Below are positions 29,643 to 39,645 of a stretch of DNA of 64,000 bases, one piece after another. Under the pieces are notes generated by a model. That model was not told where the DNA came from. It was given only the letters and a program-made list of their open reading frames with translations, and ran no database searches. The DNA comes from a virus, in IMG/VR virus record IMGVR_UViG_3300032293_001310, positions 1 to 64,000 of that record; one strand, given 5' to 3'. The translations under genes and the position numbers were made by a program. Each line of letters starts with the position of its first letter. Position 1 is the first letter of the stretch.

Positions 29643-30827
29643 ATGAAAAAAACCGAACTAAAACAATTAATAAAAGAAGCGGTCGTCAAAGTATTGTACG
29701 AACAAACGCTACCGCCCGGTATAAGTCCCGATGCCGTGATGACTTTGGATCAGTTTATTAAAGGGTCGATTGAAGAAGCAGAAGGAGATTTTCTTGGTGC
29801 AAGAACCAGACCCATTTCTCCAGAAGAAATGCAGGCGTATCTAGATCGCGTTAAGAGAAAAGAAAAAACCGCAGGCGACAAATATAATCTTCCATATATC
29901 CACGGAAGTAACATAAAAATAAAAAACGAAGAAGGAAAAACTTACGACCAAGAGAGGTTGAAGGATGCCATAAAAACTCGTCCATCACAAATATTAAAAC
30001 AGAATGCCAAGATGGCAAAGAGTTCAGGTCCAAACACTGTGTTTTTTGATATCGGGTTGCCAGCATTAAAGGGGTTGGCAGTAAATGAAAAAACCAACGA
30101 GTTTATAGTCGTTGACACATGTCCGGGCGCAGGACAGTGTAAAATATATTGTTATGCAATGAAAGGTGGATATGTTCAGTGGAAAAGCGTATCGTTATCA
30201 CAAACTCGACTATTGAACTTTCTAATTAACGATCCTCAAGGATTTAAATCTCAATTTCAATCCGAATTGGAGTCTAAAGCAAATTCTGCATTAAAACGCG
30301 GTAAAAAAGTGTTAGTGAGATGGCACGATGCTGGAGACTTCTTTAGTCCACAGTATTTGAACATGGCATTTGATATTGCCCGCAGTTTTCCCGAAATTGA
30401 ATTTTATGCTTACACAAAAATGGCAGATGTTGCTCAGAGCGATAAACCTGCAAATTTTAAGATGAATTTTTCTATGGGGGCAAAACCCGAACAAGAAAAG
30501 CAGATAGATTTTGATAAGACCAAACATTCTACGGTGATACCAAAACCGATGTTTGACAAATATATTTCAAAAAATGAAAAAGGAAAAGCGGTCAGAGACA
30601 AAAAAGGAAGAATGCAATTTAAAGACGACGACGAACTAAATTCTTTTAAGCAAGATTTGGCCGCAAAGTATAGAGTACCAGTTGATAGTATTCTTACATA
30701 TGACGAGATGCTAGATACACCAGAATCCGATGAGCAGAACAAGTACAACGTAATCGTTCGTCCCGGCGATGGAGATGTAAGTGCAAGTCGCGGAGATGTT
30801 AAGGGAACATATTTATTAATCCACTAA
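29643..30827 (+). CDS. GP88-like (radical-SAM-related, Cys-cluster) protein with MKKTELKQLIKE leader
   Basis: TCPGAGQCKIYCYA, RWHDAGDFF, FYAYTK. Confidence 0.7.
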   Translation: MKKTELKQLIKEAVVKVLYEQTLPPGISPDAVMTLDQFIKGSIEEAEGDFLGARTRPISPEEMQAYLDRVKRKEKTAGDKYNLPYIHGSNIKIKNEEGKTYDQERLKDAIKTRPSQILKQNAKMAKSSGPNTVFFDIGLPALKGLAVNEKTNEFIVVDTCPGAGQCKIYCYAMKGGYVQWKSVSLSQTRLLNFLINDPQGFKSQFQSELESKANSALKRGKKVLVRWHDAGDFFSPQYLNMAFDIARSFPEIEFYAYTKMADVAQSDKPANFKMNFSMGAKPEQEKQIDFDKTKHSTVIPKPMFDKYISKNEKGKAVRDKKGRMQFKDDDELNSFKQDLAAKYRVPVDSILTYDEMLDTPESDEQNKYNVIVRPGDGDVSASRGDVKGTYLLIH

Positions 30828-30833
30828 ATTATT

Positions 30834-31478
30834 ATGAAAAAATCAGAACTAAAAACATTAATAAAAACCATAGTCGTAGAGGCTATTTCAGTAAAAGATG
30901 AACTTAGACGCAAGTCCGCAGATGAAAGTTTAAACAAGACGCCATCGAAGATGAACGTAAAAGAAGAAATCTTGAAAATGATTCGTGAAGAAATTCACGA
31001 GATGTCACGTACTGCCGGTTCTATCGGTAATAAATTTAAAGTACAAGATCCAAATTCTCCAACTGGATGGGTAGCCAGTGGCCACCCAAAAACACCAGAT
31101 GGAACGCCAGTACCACCGCCGGGTAAAGCCGCTGGCATCAGCGGTTCCAAACCGACGGGCACCCCCGATTCAGACGAAGACGAAGGAGATGACGAGGATT
31201 CTGGACCAGTCGCCCCAGTCCAAGCAAACTCAAAGGTGTCTATTGTCGTTGATGGAGATGAACTTCCCGCCAAGTTGGATATGAATAAAGTAAAAGGCCC
31301 GATAATGGGCTATCTGAAGTCTGTTCTTAGCGGGTCAAACATAATTATGTACAAAGCCCACCCGTCCGTACAAGAAAAACTAGATCAATTGAGCGATCTA
31401 TATACTGACGATAAGTTACCTCTTGATGCAAAATTGCAACTTTCTATACAGAAAGACGGCACTATATCTGCAATTTGA
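30834..31478 (+). CDS. Hypothetical protein with MKKSELKTLIK leader
   Basis: Leader repeated internally (VKEEILKMIREEIHE); Pro/Gly/acidic linker. Confidence 0.7.
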   Translation: MKKSELKTLIKTIVVEAISVKDELRRKSADESLNKTPSKMNVKEEILKMIREEIHEMSRTAGSIGNKFKVQDPNSPTGWVASGHPKTPDGTPVPPPGKAAGISGSKPTGTPDSDEDEGDDEDSGPVAPVQANSKVSIVVDGDELPAKLDMNKVKGPIMGYLKSVLSGSNIIMYKAHPSVQEKLDQLSDLYTDDKLPLDAKLQLSIQKDGTISAI

Positions 31479-31501
31479 TATAAGGGTAAACTCGCTTGCT
31501 C

Positions 31502-31532
31502 GTTCTGCCGCTTTTTAGCGGCAGAACTTTTT
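31502..31532 (+). terminator. Rho-independent terminator
   Basis: gttctgccgct-tttt-agcggcagaac-ttttt. Confidence 0.85.
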
Positions 31533-31591
31533 ATATATACAAAAAACTATTTTTAGTTCATATATATGAATAAACAAAAGTTATACTAAAT

Positions 31592-32437
31592 ATGGATAAT
31601 ACAATACCAGTTACAAAGCAGAATACATTGACGACATCGTTGGTACAGCCCGCCGAATCTACTAAGCAATCGGCACCAACTATAACAGTAAAACTACCAA
31701 CAAAAGGTTATTTTTATCCCACAAATCATCCATTGTCGAGCGGTACAATTGAACTATATCATGTCACTGCTAAACACGAAGACATTCTTAGTAACAGCAA
31801 TCTTCTAAAGAAAGGAACAGTATTGGATGAATTTTTGAAAGCGTTGATTGCTACACCAGGCGTTGCATTAAACGATATTTTTATTGGAGACAAAAACGCA
31901 TTGTTCATAGAGTCGAGAAAAAATGCATACGGTGAAACATATACCACAAAAATAAAGTGTCCGGAGTGCGGCGAAGAATCTAACGTTGATATAGATATTT
32001 CCGCTGTGGGATCAAGGGCGTTTCCATTTGAAAACTATGTTCGCGGAGAAAATAAGTTTACATTCTTGCTTCCATCGTCGAAAAAGACAGTAACGTGGGG
32101 ATTGTTAACGCACAAGGATGAAAGTGATATAGATCAGGAATTAAAAGCACTTGCTAAATTGGGAACCAGCACATCCGCACCAGAAGTTACCACCCGACTG
32201 AAATATACAATAAAGGCGATAGACGGCGAAACGGACCGCGCAAAGATCAAGAATTTTATTGATACACAAATGGTTGCAAAAGATAGTTTGGCATTCAGGC
32301 GTCACGTTAGAGAAACCACTCCGGATTTAGATATGATGTTTGACTTTAATTGTCCAAAATGTGGGCACACTCAAAAGATGCCGATTCCTTTGGGAGCAAA
32401 CTTTTTCTGGCCAAACTTGACTGACAGAGATATGTGA
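31592..32437 (+). CDS. Baseplate hub/tail assembly chaperone (T4 gp26/gp51-like), copy 1
   Basis: LPTKG.FYP..HPLSSG.I, EDIL, GDKNA, two CxxC, ends FFWP. Confidence 0.75.
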   Translation: MDNTIPVTKQNTLTTSLVQPAESTKQSAPTITVKLPTKGYFYPTNHPLSSGTIELYHVTAKHEDILSNSNLLKKGTVLDEFLKALIATPGVALNDIFIGDKNALFIESRKNAYGETYTTKIKCPECGEESNVDIDISAVGSRAFPFENYVRGENKFTFLLPSSKKTVTWGLLTHKDESDIDQELKALAKLGTSTSAPEVTTRLKYTIKAIDGETDRAKIKNFIDTQMVAKDSLAFRRHVRETTPDLDMMFDFNCPKCGHTQKMPIPLGANFFWPNLTDRDM

Positions 32438-33348
32438 AATTAAATTCGGAAATAATAGATTTAGCATCCGAAGGATATTTTTACCCAGAAGACAATCCAC
32501 TGTCGTCTGGTAAATTGGGAATATTTCCAATAACCGCTGAATACGAAGAACTGTTAAGTAATTCGAACCTAATTAAACGAAATTTACTTGATCGGCATTT
32601 TTTGACCCACATCGTTGACGGTACATTAGACTACGACAGTTTATTAAATTGTGATCGTGAATCGATATTATTGAATCTTAGAATTGCCAACTATGGTGCT
32701 GCAACAAAGATAAAAGTAAGATGTGAAGAGTGTGAGGCGGATCCTGAGTTTGATATATCCTTTGCTTTCAAGTCGAAACCGTTTGATTTTTCTAAACACA
32801 CGCGAGGAAAAAATAAACTAGAATATAAGTTTAAAAAAACTAATAAAACTTTGTATTTTAAACTTCCTACCGTCAACGAACAGCGGGTATACGTTGAACA
32901 AGGATGGTTGAATTTTCTTAAGCGTATAACTTTGGAAATTGATGGCGTTGACGATATATCAAGTTTTTATGAGTATCATCTACCTGCAAGTGATAGTAGA
33001 GCATTTAGAGTATACTACGAAAACAACACACCGGGATACCAAAACACCGTATCAACTCAATGCCCGTCGTGCAAGAATGTAAAGAATTCAAAATTGGAAA
33101 TAAACGAGGACATTTTCGGTATATCGCCCGAAAGCAAGATGCTTATACACGGCGAAATATTTGACTTGTGTTATTATAGTAACGGTGCATTTACACAAGA
33201 AGGTGTATATAAAATGCCCACAAGTTTACGAAGTTTTTATATAAAAAAGTTGGTTGAGGCAAAAAAGGCGGAAAAAGAAGCAAATGAAGCCGCCGCAAAG
33301 GGGTCTGGAACGGGTAAAATAGCACGCCCACCTACAGTAAAAAGATAA
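32434..33348 (+). CDS. Baseplate hub/tail assembly chaperone paralogue with C-terminal extension, copy 2
   Basis: GTG start overlapping the upstream stop; GYFYP..NPLSSG, two CxxC; extra tail IHGEIFDLCYYSNG.F....VY.MP..LR.FY. Confidence 0.7.
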   Translation: MKLNSEIIDLASEGYFYPEDNPLSSGKLGIFPITAEYEELLSNSNLIKRNLLDRHFLTHIVDGTLDYDSLLNCDRESILLNLRIANYGAATKIKVRCEECEADPEFDISFAFKSKPFDFSKHTRGKNKLEYKFKKTNKTLYFKLPTVNEQRVYVEQGWLNFLKRITLEIDGVDDISSFYEYHLPASDSRAFRVYYENNTPGYQNTVSTQCPSCKNVKNSKLEINEDIFGISPESKMLIHGEIFDLCYYSNGAFTQEGVYKMPTSLRSFYIKKLVEAKKAEKEANEAAAKGSGTGKIARPPTVKR

Positions 33349-33389
33349 GTTCGGGATATATTTATAATATAACCTGATATATAATAGAC

Positions 33390-36300
33390 ATGACTGAACA
33401 AGAGAGAAAAAAAATGTTTGAGGACTTTGAAGATTTTAACGAATCTAGGAAAAAGTCCGAAGAGGATTATTATTCTCGATTGGAAGATACATTAAATATT
33501 TCAAAACAAATAAACGATCAATATAGAAACCAGCAACGTAATATTGGCCAAATCAATAGTGATATTTCAAAAACGCTAACAAAAATACAGGCACAGAAAG
33601 TGGCCATAGAAAAAAATCGAGAAGCATATAAAAAAGTCAATACTGAGATAGTGCAAGTTGATCAAACTCTACAAGGATTAGACTCTTTGCGTATACAAAG
33701 TTTGCGAATAATTCAAGAAACTACACAAAAGATCAATCAAAGTGTTGTTGTTCAAAAAGATGCCACCGAAAGAATTATAAAACTTAAACAAGAAGAACAG
33801 CGAACTACGGAAGAAATTGCCAATTTGGAGAAATCGTCTTTAAAAAATAAAGCCGCGCAAGAAATAAACACCAAAGCATTACTTGCTCACAGGAAAGAGC
33901 AAAGACGAGTAGAAGAACAATTACAAGGCGTTGAAGCGGCAATTGTAGAAAAACAAAAAATGGGAATAACGAGCGGAGATGAATATAATAAATTACTGCT
34001 CAGGCGAGACGCTATTGTAACACGCGCAGTAAATATGCGAGTCGAAGAAGCAAAGTTGATGGATGACGGACAAAAATATGCAAAAAGAGAAAGTAATATA
34101 CAACAAGAGATACTAAATAAAAGGCAAAGAGTTAAAGACATTGGGGATGCGATAACAGAAAGTGAAGAAAGATTTGCTGCGGCTGGGTTAGTCATAGACG
34201 CAGCAATGAAAGCGCGTGAAAAGGCGCAAAAAAATGAGGCAGAAATATCGGAGGCTATAAATAAGAAACAAGCACAGCGCAATGCTTTGATCGAAAGGCA
34301 GAAGGTACTCCAAGACCAACATACAACATTGACGAATGCTTTAAAAAAATCAGAAGAATATTTAAATAAACTATACGATCTCAGAACAAAGTATATAGCA
34401 CGATTGAATTTCTGGAAACTTATTAAGATGGCATATGACCGATTTGTTGAACTAGACAAGGCGGCAGAAGAATTCAGAAAATCTACCGGATTTACGAATA
34501 CTCAAATGGTAGAGTTGAGAAAAAACGTTGAACAAGTTAATCGTGAATTTGCGGACATGGGCGTAACAATACAAGAAGCATATAAATCCGCAGAACAACT
34601 TGTAAATGTATTTGAGAGAACGTCGATGGTTTCAAAAGAGGCAGTGCAAAACGTATCACTACTTGCACAAAATTTTGGAGTAGCACAGGAAGTTTCTGCA
34701 CAAGTGCTGGAAACTTTTATGGGAATTGGTAAGTCTTCGGAACAGGCGGCGTTTGATACCATGAAACTCGGTGCTGCACTATCCGAAAAAACGGGAGTCT
34801 CTTTTGCAAAGGTAATGAAAGACATTTCAAGTGCCAGCGAAACTACAATCAACATGATTGGGGCTTCGCCAGCAAAATTAATGAAAGCGGCAATTGCTGC
34901 CAGAGCACTGGGGTTGGATATAAACAAGATCGCTTCGTCTCAAAGAAAACTTTTAGATTTTAGTTCTAGCATAAATGACGAACTTCAATTGAGTGCATTG
35001 TTAGGAAAAAGTATATCTTTCCAAAAAGCGCGTCAACTGGCGTATGAAGGTAAGACGGACGAAGCGTTAAAATCTACACTGGAAACTGTTAAGGCGGCAG
35101 GAGATTTTGAAAAAATGAACGTATACCAGCGCGAACAACTCGCAAAAGCGGCTGGTATGGAACTCAAAGACTTGTCAAAAGCACTGGCAGTAGAAAAGCG
35201 CCGCGAAGAAATATTATATGGTTCAGATGAAGTCGCTAGAAGTAAGTTGCTTGCACAAGAAGAAGAGTTGAAAAAAATGAAAGAAATGACGGAGGCAGAC
35301 GAAAAAGATCTCATCCGTCAAAATGAAAAACTTTTAGCACAGCAAAAAATGCAAGGAGTCATGACAAAGTTGACGAACATCATGAATTCTATGAGCATTG
35401 CGTTTGCGGATATATTTGAACCAGTAATATCTGCACTTGCTGACACAATAGTTCCGTTGTTTAAAGCAATTGTTGCGATACTTAAAGTAACTATAATACC
35501 GTTGTTTAAATTAATGGCGTATCCGTTACAGGTTGTAGGAGGTATAATTTCCGATCTTACTAAAAAATTTCAAGAATTTATGGAGGGACCAGAGTCTACC
35601 AATAAATCTATAGTTTCTATAAAAGAAAGTTTTAAAAGTCTTTTTGAAAAGGTCAGTGAATTCTTTGATACAACCTTTGGAAAGGTAACGAAATTTATCG
35701 CTGGTGGCAGTCTGTTATATATGTATTTGATGGGGAAATTTTCTATGGGAGGGATATTGGGGTTGATAAAAAAACCATTCGATATGCTTGGGTCACTTGC
35801 TTCAAAAGGTATGTCAAAAATTCCAGTGATTGGAAAAATGTTTCAACCCCCATCTTCAGTCGGTGCAACGGGGGCCGCTGCCCAACAAACCGCGCAGGCA
35901 TCAAAAGCGACCCAAGGAGTAAAAAGTGGAACTGGCGTAAAAGACTTTTTAAAGAATTTAGCATCTGGATTAAAAAGTATGGGAAATGCCAGAGTTTTAC
36001 TCGGAGCAATTAATTTAATACCCGCATCAATTGGACTTGTGGCAATGATACCGGGTATATTAGGTGCTAAATTGTTAGAACTTATAAATGGAGAAAAATT
36101 AAAAGATGGCTTAAGTGGATTGGCCGCAGGGTTAAAGAAAATGGGAAATGCCAGTGTATTGTTGGGTGCAATAAATTTGTCATTGGCGGCTGTTGGTTTA
36201 GTAGCAATAATACCCGGCGCAATCGCAGCAGCAACAATGTCTTTGATTGGTAAACCGATAGAAATTGGACTAAAATTTCTAGCACAAGGAATTGGTCACA

Positions 36301-37157
36301 TGGGAAAACCTCAAGTCCTATTAGGCGCAGTCGGTCTTGCTCTGGTAGGCGCATCGTTGATTCCATTTGCATTTGCTATGCAAATGTTCAGTGATGTTGA
36401 CTGGGGCTCGGTTGGAATAGGCACGTTGGCGCTCATTGGGTTCACGGCGGCAGCATTTGGTCTTGGTGCAATACTTATGTCGGGAGTTGGTGCAGCAATA
36501 TTTGGAGCAGGAGTTATAGGAATAGCCGCACTCGGTGCGTCGTTGATACCGTTTTCTTTAGCGGCACTGGCTGCTGGGGCGGGGGTTAAAATGTTGGGAG
36601 AAGGTATATCTACATCGGTAGATCCTATATTAAGACTGTCTACAATCGATTTGACCAGCACCGCACTTGGAATAGGAGCGGTTGGAGTTGCATTGGCAGC
36701 ATTTGGCGCGGGGTCGGCTGGTGCTGGTCTTGGTTCATTCGTAGGAAAATTGTTAGGTGGAGATCCTATAGAAAAAATGGAAAGATTGGCTAATATAGGA
36801 ACTAAGTTATTAGTCACCGCCTCCGCTATAGATACTCTGTCTAGCACATTCTCTAAATTTACTGAAGTAGAAGTTTTTGCAAAATCTATAGATGCGCTTA
36901 CACTGTCGTTGGGACGAATGAATGAGCAACTTGAAAAAACAAGTACAATTAAATTGGCAGCACTTGCTGTTATGTCCGTGAATACGGCAAAATCTTCAGA
37001 TACCGCCAAGGATTCCGCTGCAAAACAAACAGGTGTTGGTGGCGGAGAAGGCGTGATTGCAAAACTTGATGAACTTATTGTATTATTGAAGGAAGGTTCA
37101 ATTGGAGTAAATATGGATGGCGTTAAAGTATCTAAAGCATTAGCCAAGGTGTCTTGA
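33390..37157 (+). CDS. Tail tape measure protein
   Basis: 1255 aa; long coiled coil followed by Ala/Gly/Leu-rich hydrophobic repeats; ends V.MDG.KVS; located after the chaperones. Confidence 0.85.
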   Translation: MTEQERKKMFEDFEDFNESRKKSEEDYYSRLEDTLNISKQINDQYRNQQRNIGQINSDISKTLTKIQAQKVAIEKNREAYKKVNTEIVQVDQTLQGLDSLRIQSLRIIQETTQKINQSVVVQKDATERIIKLKQEEQRTTEEIANLEKSSLKNKAAQEINTKALLAHRKEQRRVEEQLQGVEAAIVEKQKMGITSGDEYNKLLLRRDAIVTRAVNMRVEEAKLMDDGQKYAKRESNIQQEILNKRQRVKDIGDAITESEERFAAAGLVIDAAMKAREKAQKNEAEISEAINKKQAQRNALIERQKVLQDQHTTLTNALKKSEEYLNKLYDLRTKYIARLNFWKLIKMAYDRFVELDKAAEEFRKSTGFTNTQMVELRKNVEQVNREFADMGVTIQEAYKSAEQLVNVFERTSMVSKEAVQNVSLLAQNFGVAQEVSAQVLETFMGIGKSSEQAAFDTMKLGAALSEKTGVSFAKVMKDISSASETTINMIGASPAKLMKAAIAARALGLDINKIASSQRKLLDFSSSINDELQLSALLGKSISFQKARQLAYEGKTDEALKSTLETVKAAGDFEKMNVYQREQLAKAAGMELKDLSKALAVEKRREEILYGSDEVARSKLLAQEEELKKMKEMTEADEKDLIRQNEKLLAQQKMQGVMTKLTNIMNSMSIAFADIFEPVISALADTIVPLFKAIVAILKVTIIPLFKLMAYPLQVVGGIISDLTKKFQEFMEGPESTNKSIVSIKESFKSLFEKVSEFFDTTFGKVTKFIAGGSLLYMYLMGKFSMGGILGLIKKPFDMLGSLASKGMSKIPVIGKMFQPPSSVGATGAAAQQTAQASKATQGVKSGTGVKDFLKNLASGLKSMGNARVLLGAINLIPASIGLVAMIPGILGAKLLELINGEKLKDGLSGLAAGLKKMGNASVLLGAINLSLAAVGLVAIIPGAIAAATMSLIGKPIEIGLKFLAQGIGHMGKPQVLLGAVGLALVGASLIPFAFAMQMFSDVDWGSVGIGTLALIGFTAAAFGLGAILMSGVGAAIFGAGVIGIAALGASLIPFSLAALAAGAGVKMLGEGISTSVDPILRLSTIDLTSTALGIGAVGVALAAFGAGSAGAGLGSFVGKLLGGDPIEKMERLANIGTKLLVTASAIDTLSSTFSKFTEVEVFAKSIDALTLSLGRMNEQLEKTSTIKLAALAVMSVNTAKSSDTAKDSAAKQTGVGGGEGVIAKLDELIVLLKEGSIGVNMDGVKVSKALAKVS

Positions 37158-37169
37158 TATTTATAGCAT

Positions 37170-39335
37170 ATGGCCGACAACACATTTTTAGCCCCATTAT
37201 CGCCGATACAAAGAAGTACACCTTCTGATCGGTTGCTCACGTTTCAAAAAAACGAAAGGAGCATATATAATAAGTTTAGTCCATACGATCAAGCGGGTGG
37301 AGACATAGGGCCAAATCAGCCATATATATACACCAAACTTACTGATTCAAATTTTCAAAAGAGTTTAACGCGGTATGATACACCAGCATTTCCTGTAGGA
37401 TCTACTGTTAGAGATGTCATAAGAATGACAAAATTTTCGGTTAGCGGTACTGGATTATTATATGCAGGAAAACAACTTCTACTTCAACAGCAAAATGCAT
37501 TTAATGAAACTAGAGTATATAATCCATTAAGTTTGTTGAAAGCAACCGCTCGACCGGGTTCACTTGGACTAATTGATTATCCACAAAGACATTTGGAGAC
37601 AAGTGGCGGCTTATTGAATTTTTTTAAAGACGCATTATATAGCACACTTGGAATTCAGTCAAAAGATACCACAAATGCACCGATAGAAGGAACAGCGACT
37701 GGTGCACAGGGAGGACTTGCTTATTCTCAATATGCCGGAAAACATGGCGGTGCTCGTGCTGGTTTGTTACGATACAAAACTGCGACATCTGCGATGGCTA
37801 CATTTGATACATTTTGGGTAAGTAGTAATACTTCCGGTGGTTCTAGTGGAGGATTTTTGGAAAATCTAGCAAAAGGATTTTTAAACAAACTAAAAAGTCT
37901 AATACCCAGCACTAATCCGATGGGAGCATTTGGTGGGAATACGGGAACAAAATGGGAATTCAGACCAGAATATGGTACGAATTTAAAAGGTATATACTAT
38001 AAATTTCTTGCAGATGGCAATAAGAACTTATCCGTGAATATCTGGCCCGCTCCCGAATTCCGCAACGGAAAAGTGTATGATGCGCAGATAACACGAAAAA
38101 ACGTAACAGCGTTTCATAAATACTCGCCAGAAGAATCCACAAAAATAAGTCCGGCAAACCCATTAGTGATTGATAATGGATATGCAAGCAATCGAGACAT
38201 AGCGCAGAATCGCGTTGGTGAACTTGGAAACAACATACTTGATAAGTATAAAAAAATGATGGATGCGGTGGAAAAGTTTGATATTAATAATCCAATTCAA
38301 CTTAGAGTATCGACTGAGAGATATTGGAATGAAACACAAGATTCAAATGGTGTATTATATTCTTCATATCAAAGTATACCAAACCAAGGCGATGTAAACA
38401 ACACATTTTCAGGCAAAATGGTTGACACCACTAGTGTAGAAAAACGAAAATTTGCAGTAGCATCCAAATACAGTGATATTAAATCCGGAAAAACATCGAC
38501 GAATTCTGGAGACACGTATAATGCCAGTAACGTAATATCTATAAAAGGCAGCAGCAATTCTTCAAAGAAGGGTCAGGACATAGATCCTATAAAAGGAATA
38601 GGAAACGATTCGACGGATATAATATTCTTTTATTTTTACGATTTAATCAACGAAGTATTTATTCCATTCAGAGCAACTCTTGGATCTATTACAGATCAAA
38701 ATAGTCCAGAATGGGAAGATGTAAAATACATGGGTCGAGCAGATAGACTCTTTATATACAGAGGATTTAGTAGAGATGTGAGTTTTAATTTTAAAGTTTA
38801 TGCAAACAGTATAAAAGAATTAATACCTATGTGGGAAAGAGTAAATTATTTGGTAGGATTGACCAGACCTAGCAAATATACAGACAGAGCGGTTGTTACC
38901 GACGAAGAAACTATAAATAGACGAGAAAGTATACAACAAAATCTAGAACTAGCACAACTTACGGGAGATCAAGGAAATATAGATAATTTATCTACGGACT
39001 TGAGCACTTTGAATACAACCGGACGAGAAAGTGGATTTATATATCCTCCGATGATAGAATTCAGAATTGGAGATCTGTATGTAGACCAACCCGCAGTATT
39101 AAGTAGTGTTAGTGTTACTATACCCGACGATGCGCAGTGGGAAATGCTTCGCGCCGACGAGTATCAATATAACTTTGGTGGCCCAGATAAAATAATAAAA
39201 ACTGCCGCAATGTCTAGGCAACTGCCAAACATAATCGACGTTTCCGTACAATTGCGAATGCTTGAAAAATCTAGATCATTGACTTCAAATTATCATTTTG
39301 GACCAAGTGTAACAACCGGATGGAAGTCCTTATAA
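37170..39335 (+). CDS. Tail tube initiator/baseplate-associated protein
   Basis: C-term IPFRA....I.D...P.W....Y.GRAD...IY.GF.R.V.F.F; P.I.FRIGD; follows the tape measure gene. Confidence 0.6.
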   Translation: MADNTFLAPLSPIQRSTPSDRLLTFQKNERSIYNKFSPYDQAGGDIGPNQPYIYTKLTDSNFQKSLTRYDTPAFPVGSTVRDVIRMTKFSVSGTGLLYAGKQLLLQQQNAFNETRVYNPLSLLKATARPGSLGLIDYPQRHLETSGGLLNFFKDALYSTLGIQSKDTTNAPIEGTATGAQGGLAYSQYAGKHGGARAGLLRYKTATSAMATFDTFWVSSNTSGGSSGGFLENLAKGFLNKLKSLIPSTNPMGAFGGNTGTKWEFRPEYGTNLKGIYYKFLADGNKNLSVNIWPAPEFRNGKVYDAQITRKNVTAFHKYSPEESTKISPANPLVIDNGYASNRDIAQNRVGELGNNILDKYKKMMDAVEKFDINNPIQLRVSTERYWNETQDSNGVLYSSYQSIPNQGDVNNTFSGKMVDTTSVEKRKFAVASKYSDIKSGKTSTNSGDTYNASNVISIKGSSNSSKKGQDIDPIKGIGNDSTDIIFFYFYDLINEVFIPFRATLGSITDQNSPEWEDVKYMGRADRLFIYRGFSRDVSFNFKVYANSIKELIPMWERVNYLVGLTRPSKYTDRAVVTDEETINRRESIQQNLELAQLTGDQGNIDNLSTDLSTLNTTGRESGFIYPPMIEFRIGDLYVDQPAVLSSVSVTIPDDAQWEMLRADEYQYNFGGPDKIIKTAAMSRQLPNIIDVSVQLRMLEKSRSLTSNYHFGPSVTTGWKSL

Positions 39336-39337
39336 CT

Positions 39338-39640
39338 ATGAACAGATATCTTCAATCAGATGCCAGTGTGTTTAAACGCTATGATGGTAAAAGGGTATTC
39401 AGAACAACCAGATATCCAAAAATACCTATCGCGATCAATGATATATATATAGTCGCTAATGATACGGATTATCTTGACAGCCTTGCGTATAAGTTTTATA
39501 ATGATGATAGTTTGTGGTGGATTATCGCTCAAGCCAACGGAATAAAGGCTACGTTAAAAGCACCAACTGGAAAACAAATAAGAATTCCACAAAATATAGA
39601 AAATATTGTACAAAGATTCAGAAGAGAAAATAATACATAA
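39338..39640 (+). CDS. LysM-like baseplate wedge protein (gp53-like)
   Basis: ATG at 39338; D.LD.LAYKFY.D.SLWWIIAQAN...G.QIRIP. Confidence 0.8.
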   Translation: MNRYLQSDASVFKRYDGKRVFRTTRYPKIPIAINDIYIVANDTDYLDSLAYKFYNDDSLWWIIAQANGIKATLKAPTGKQIRIPQNIENIVQRFRRENNT

Positions 39641-39645
39641 TCGTT

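Noticed and set aside
32395-32437. Active programmed frameshift fusing the two chaperone genes
   Set aside because: Both shifted frames hit TGA (32418 and 32422) before reaching the second gene.
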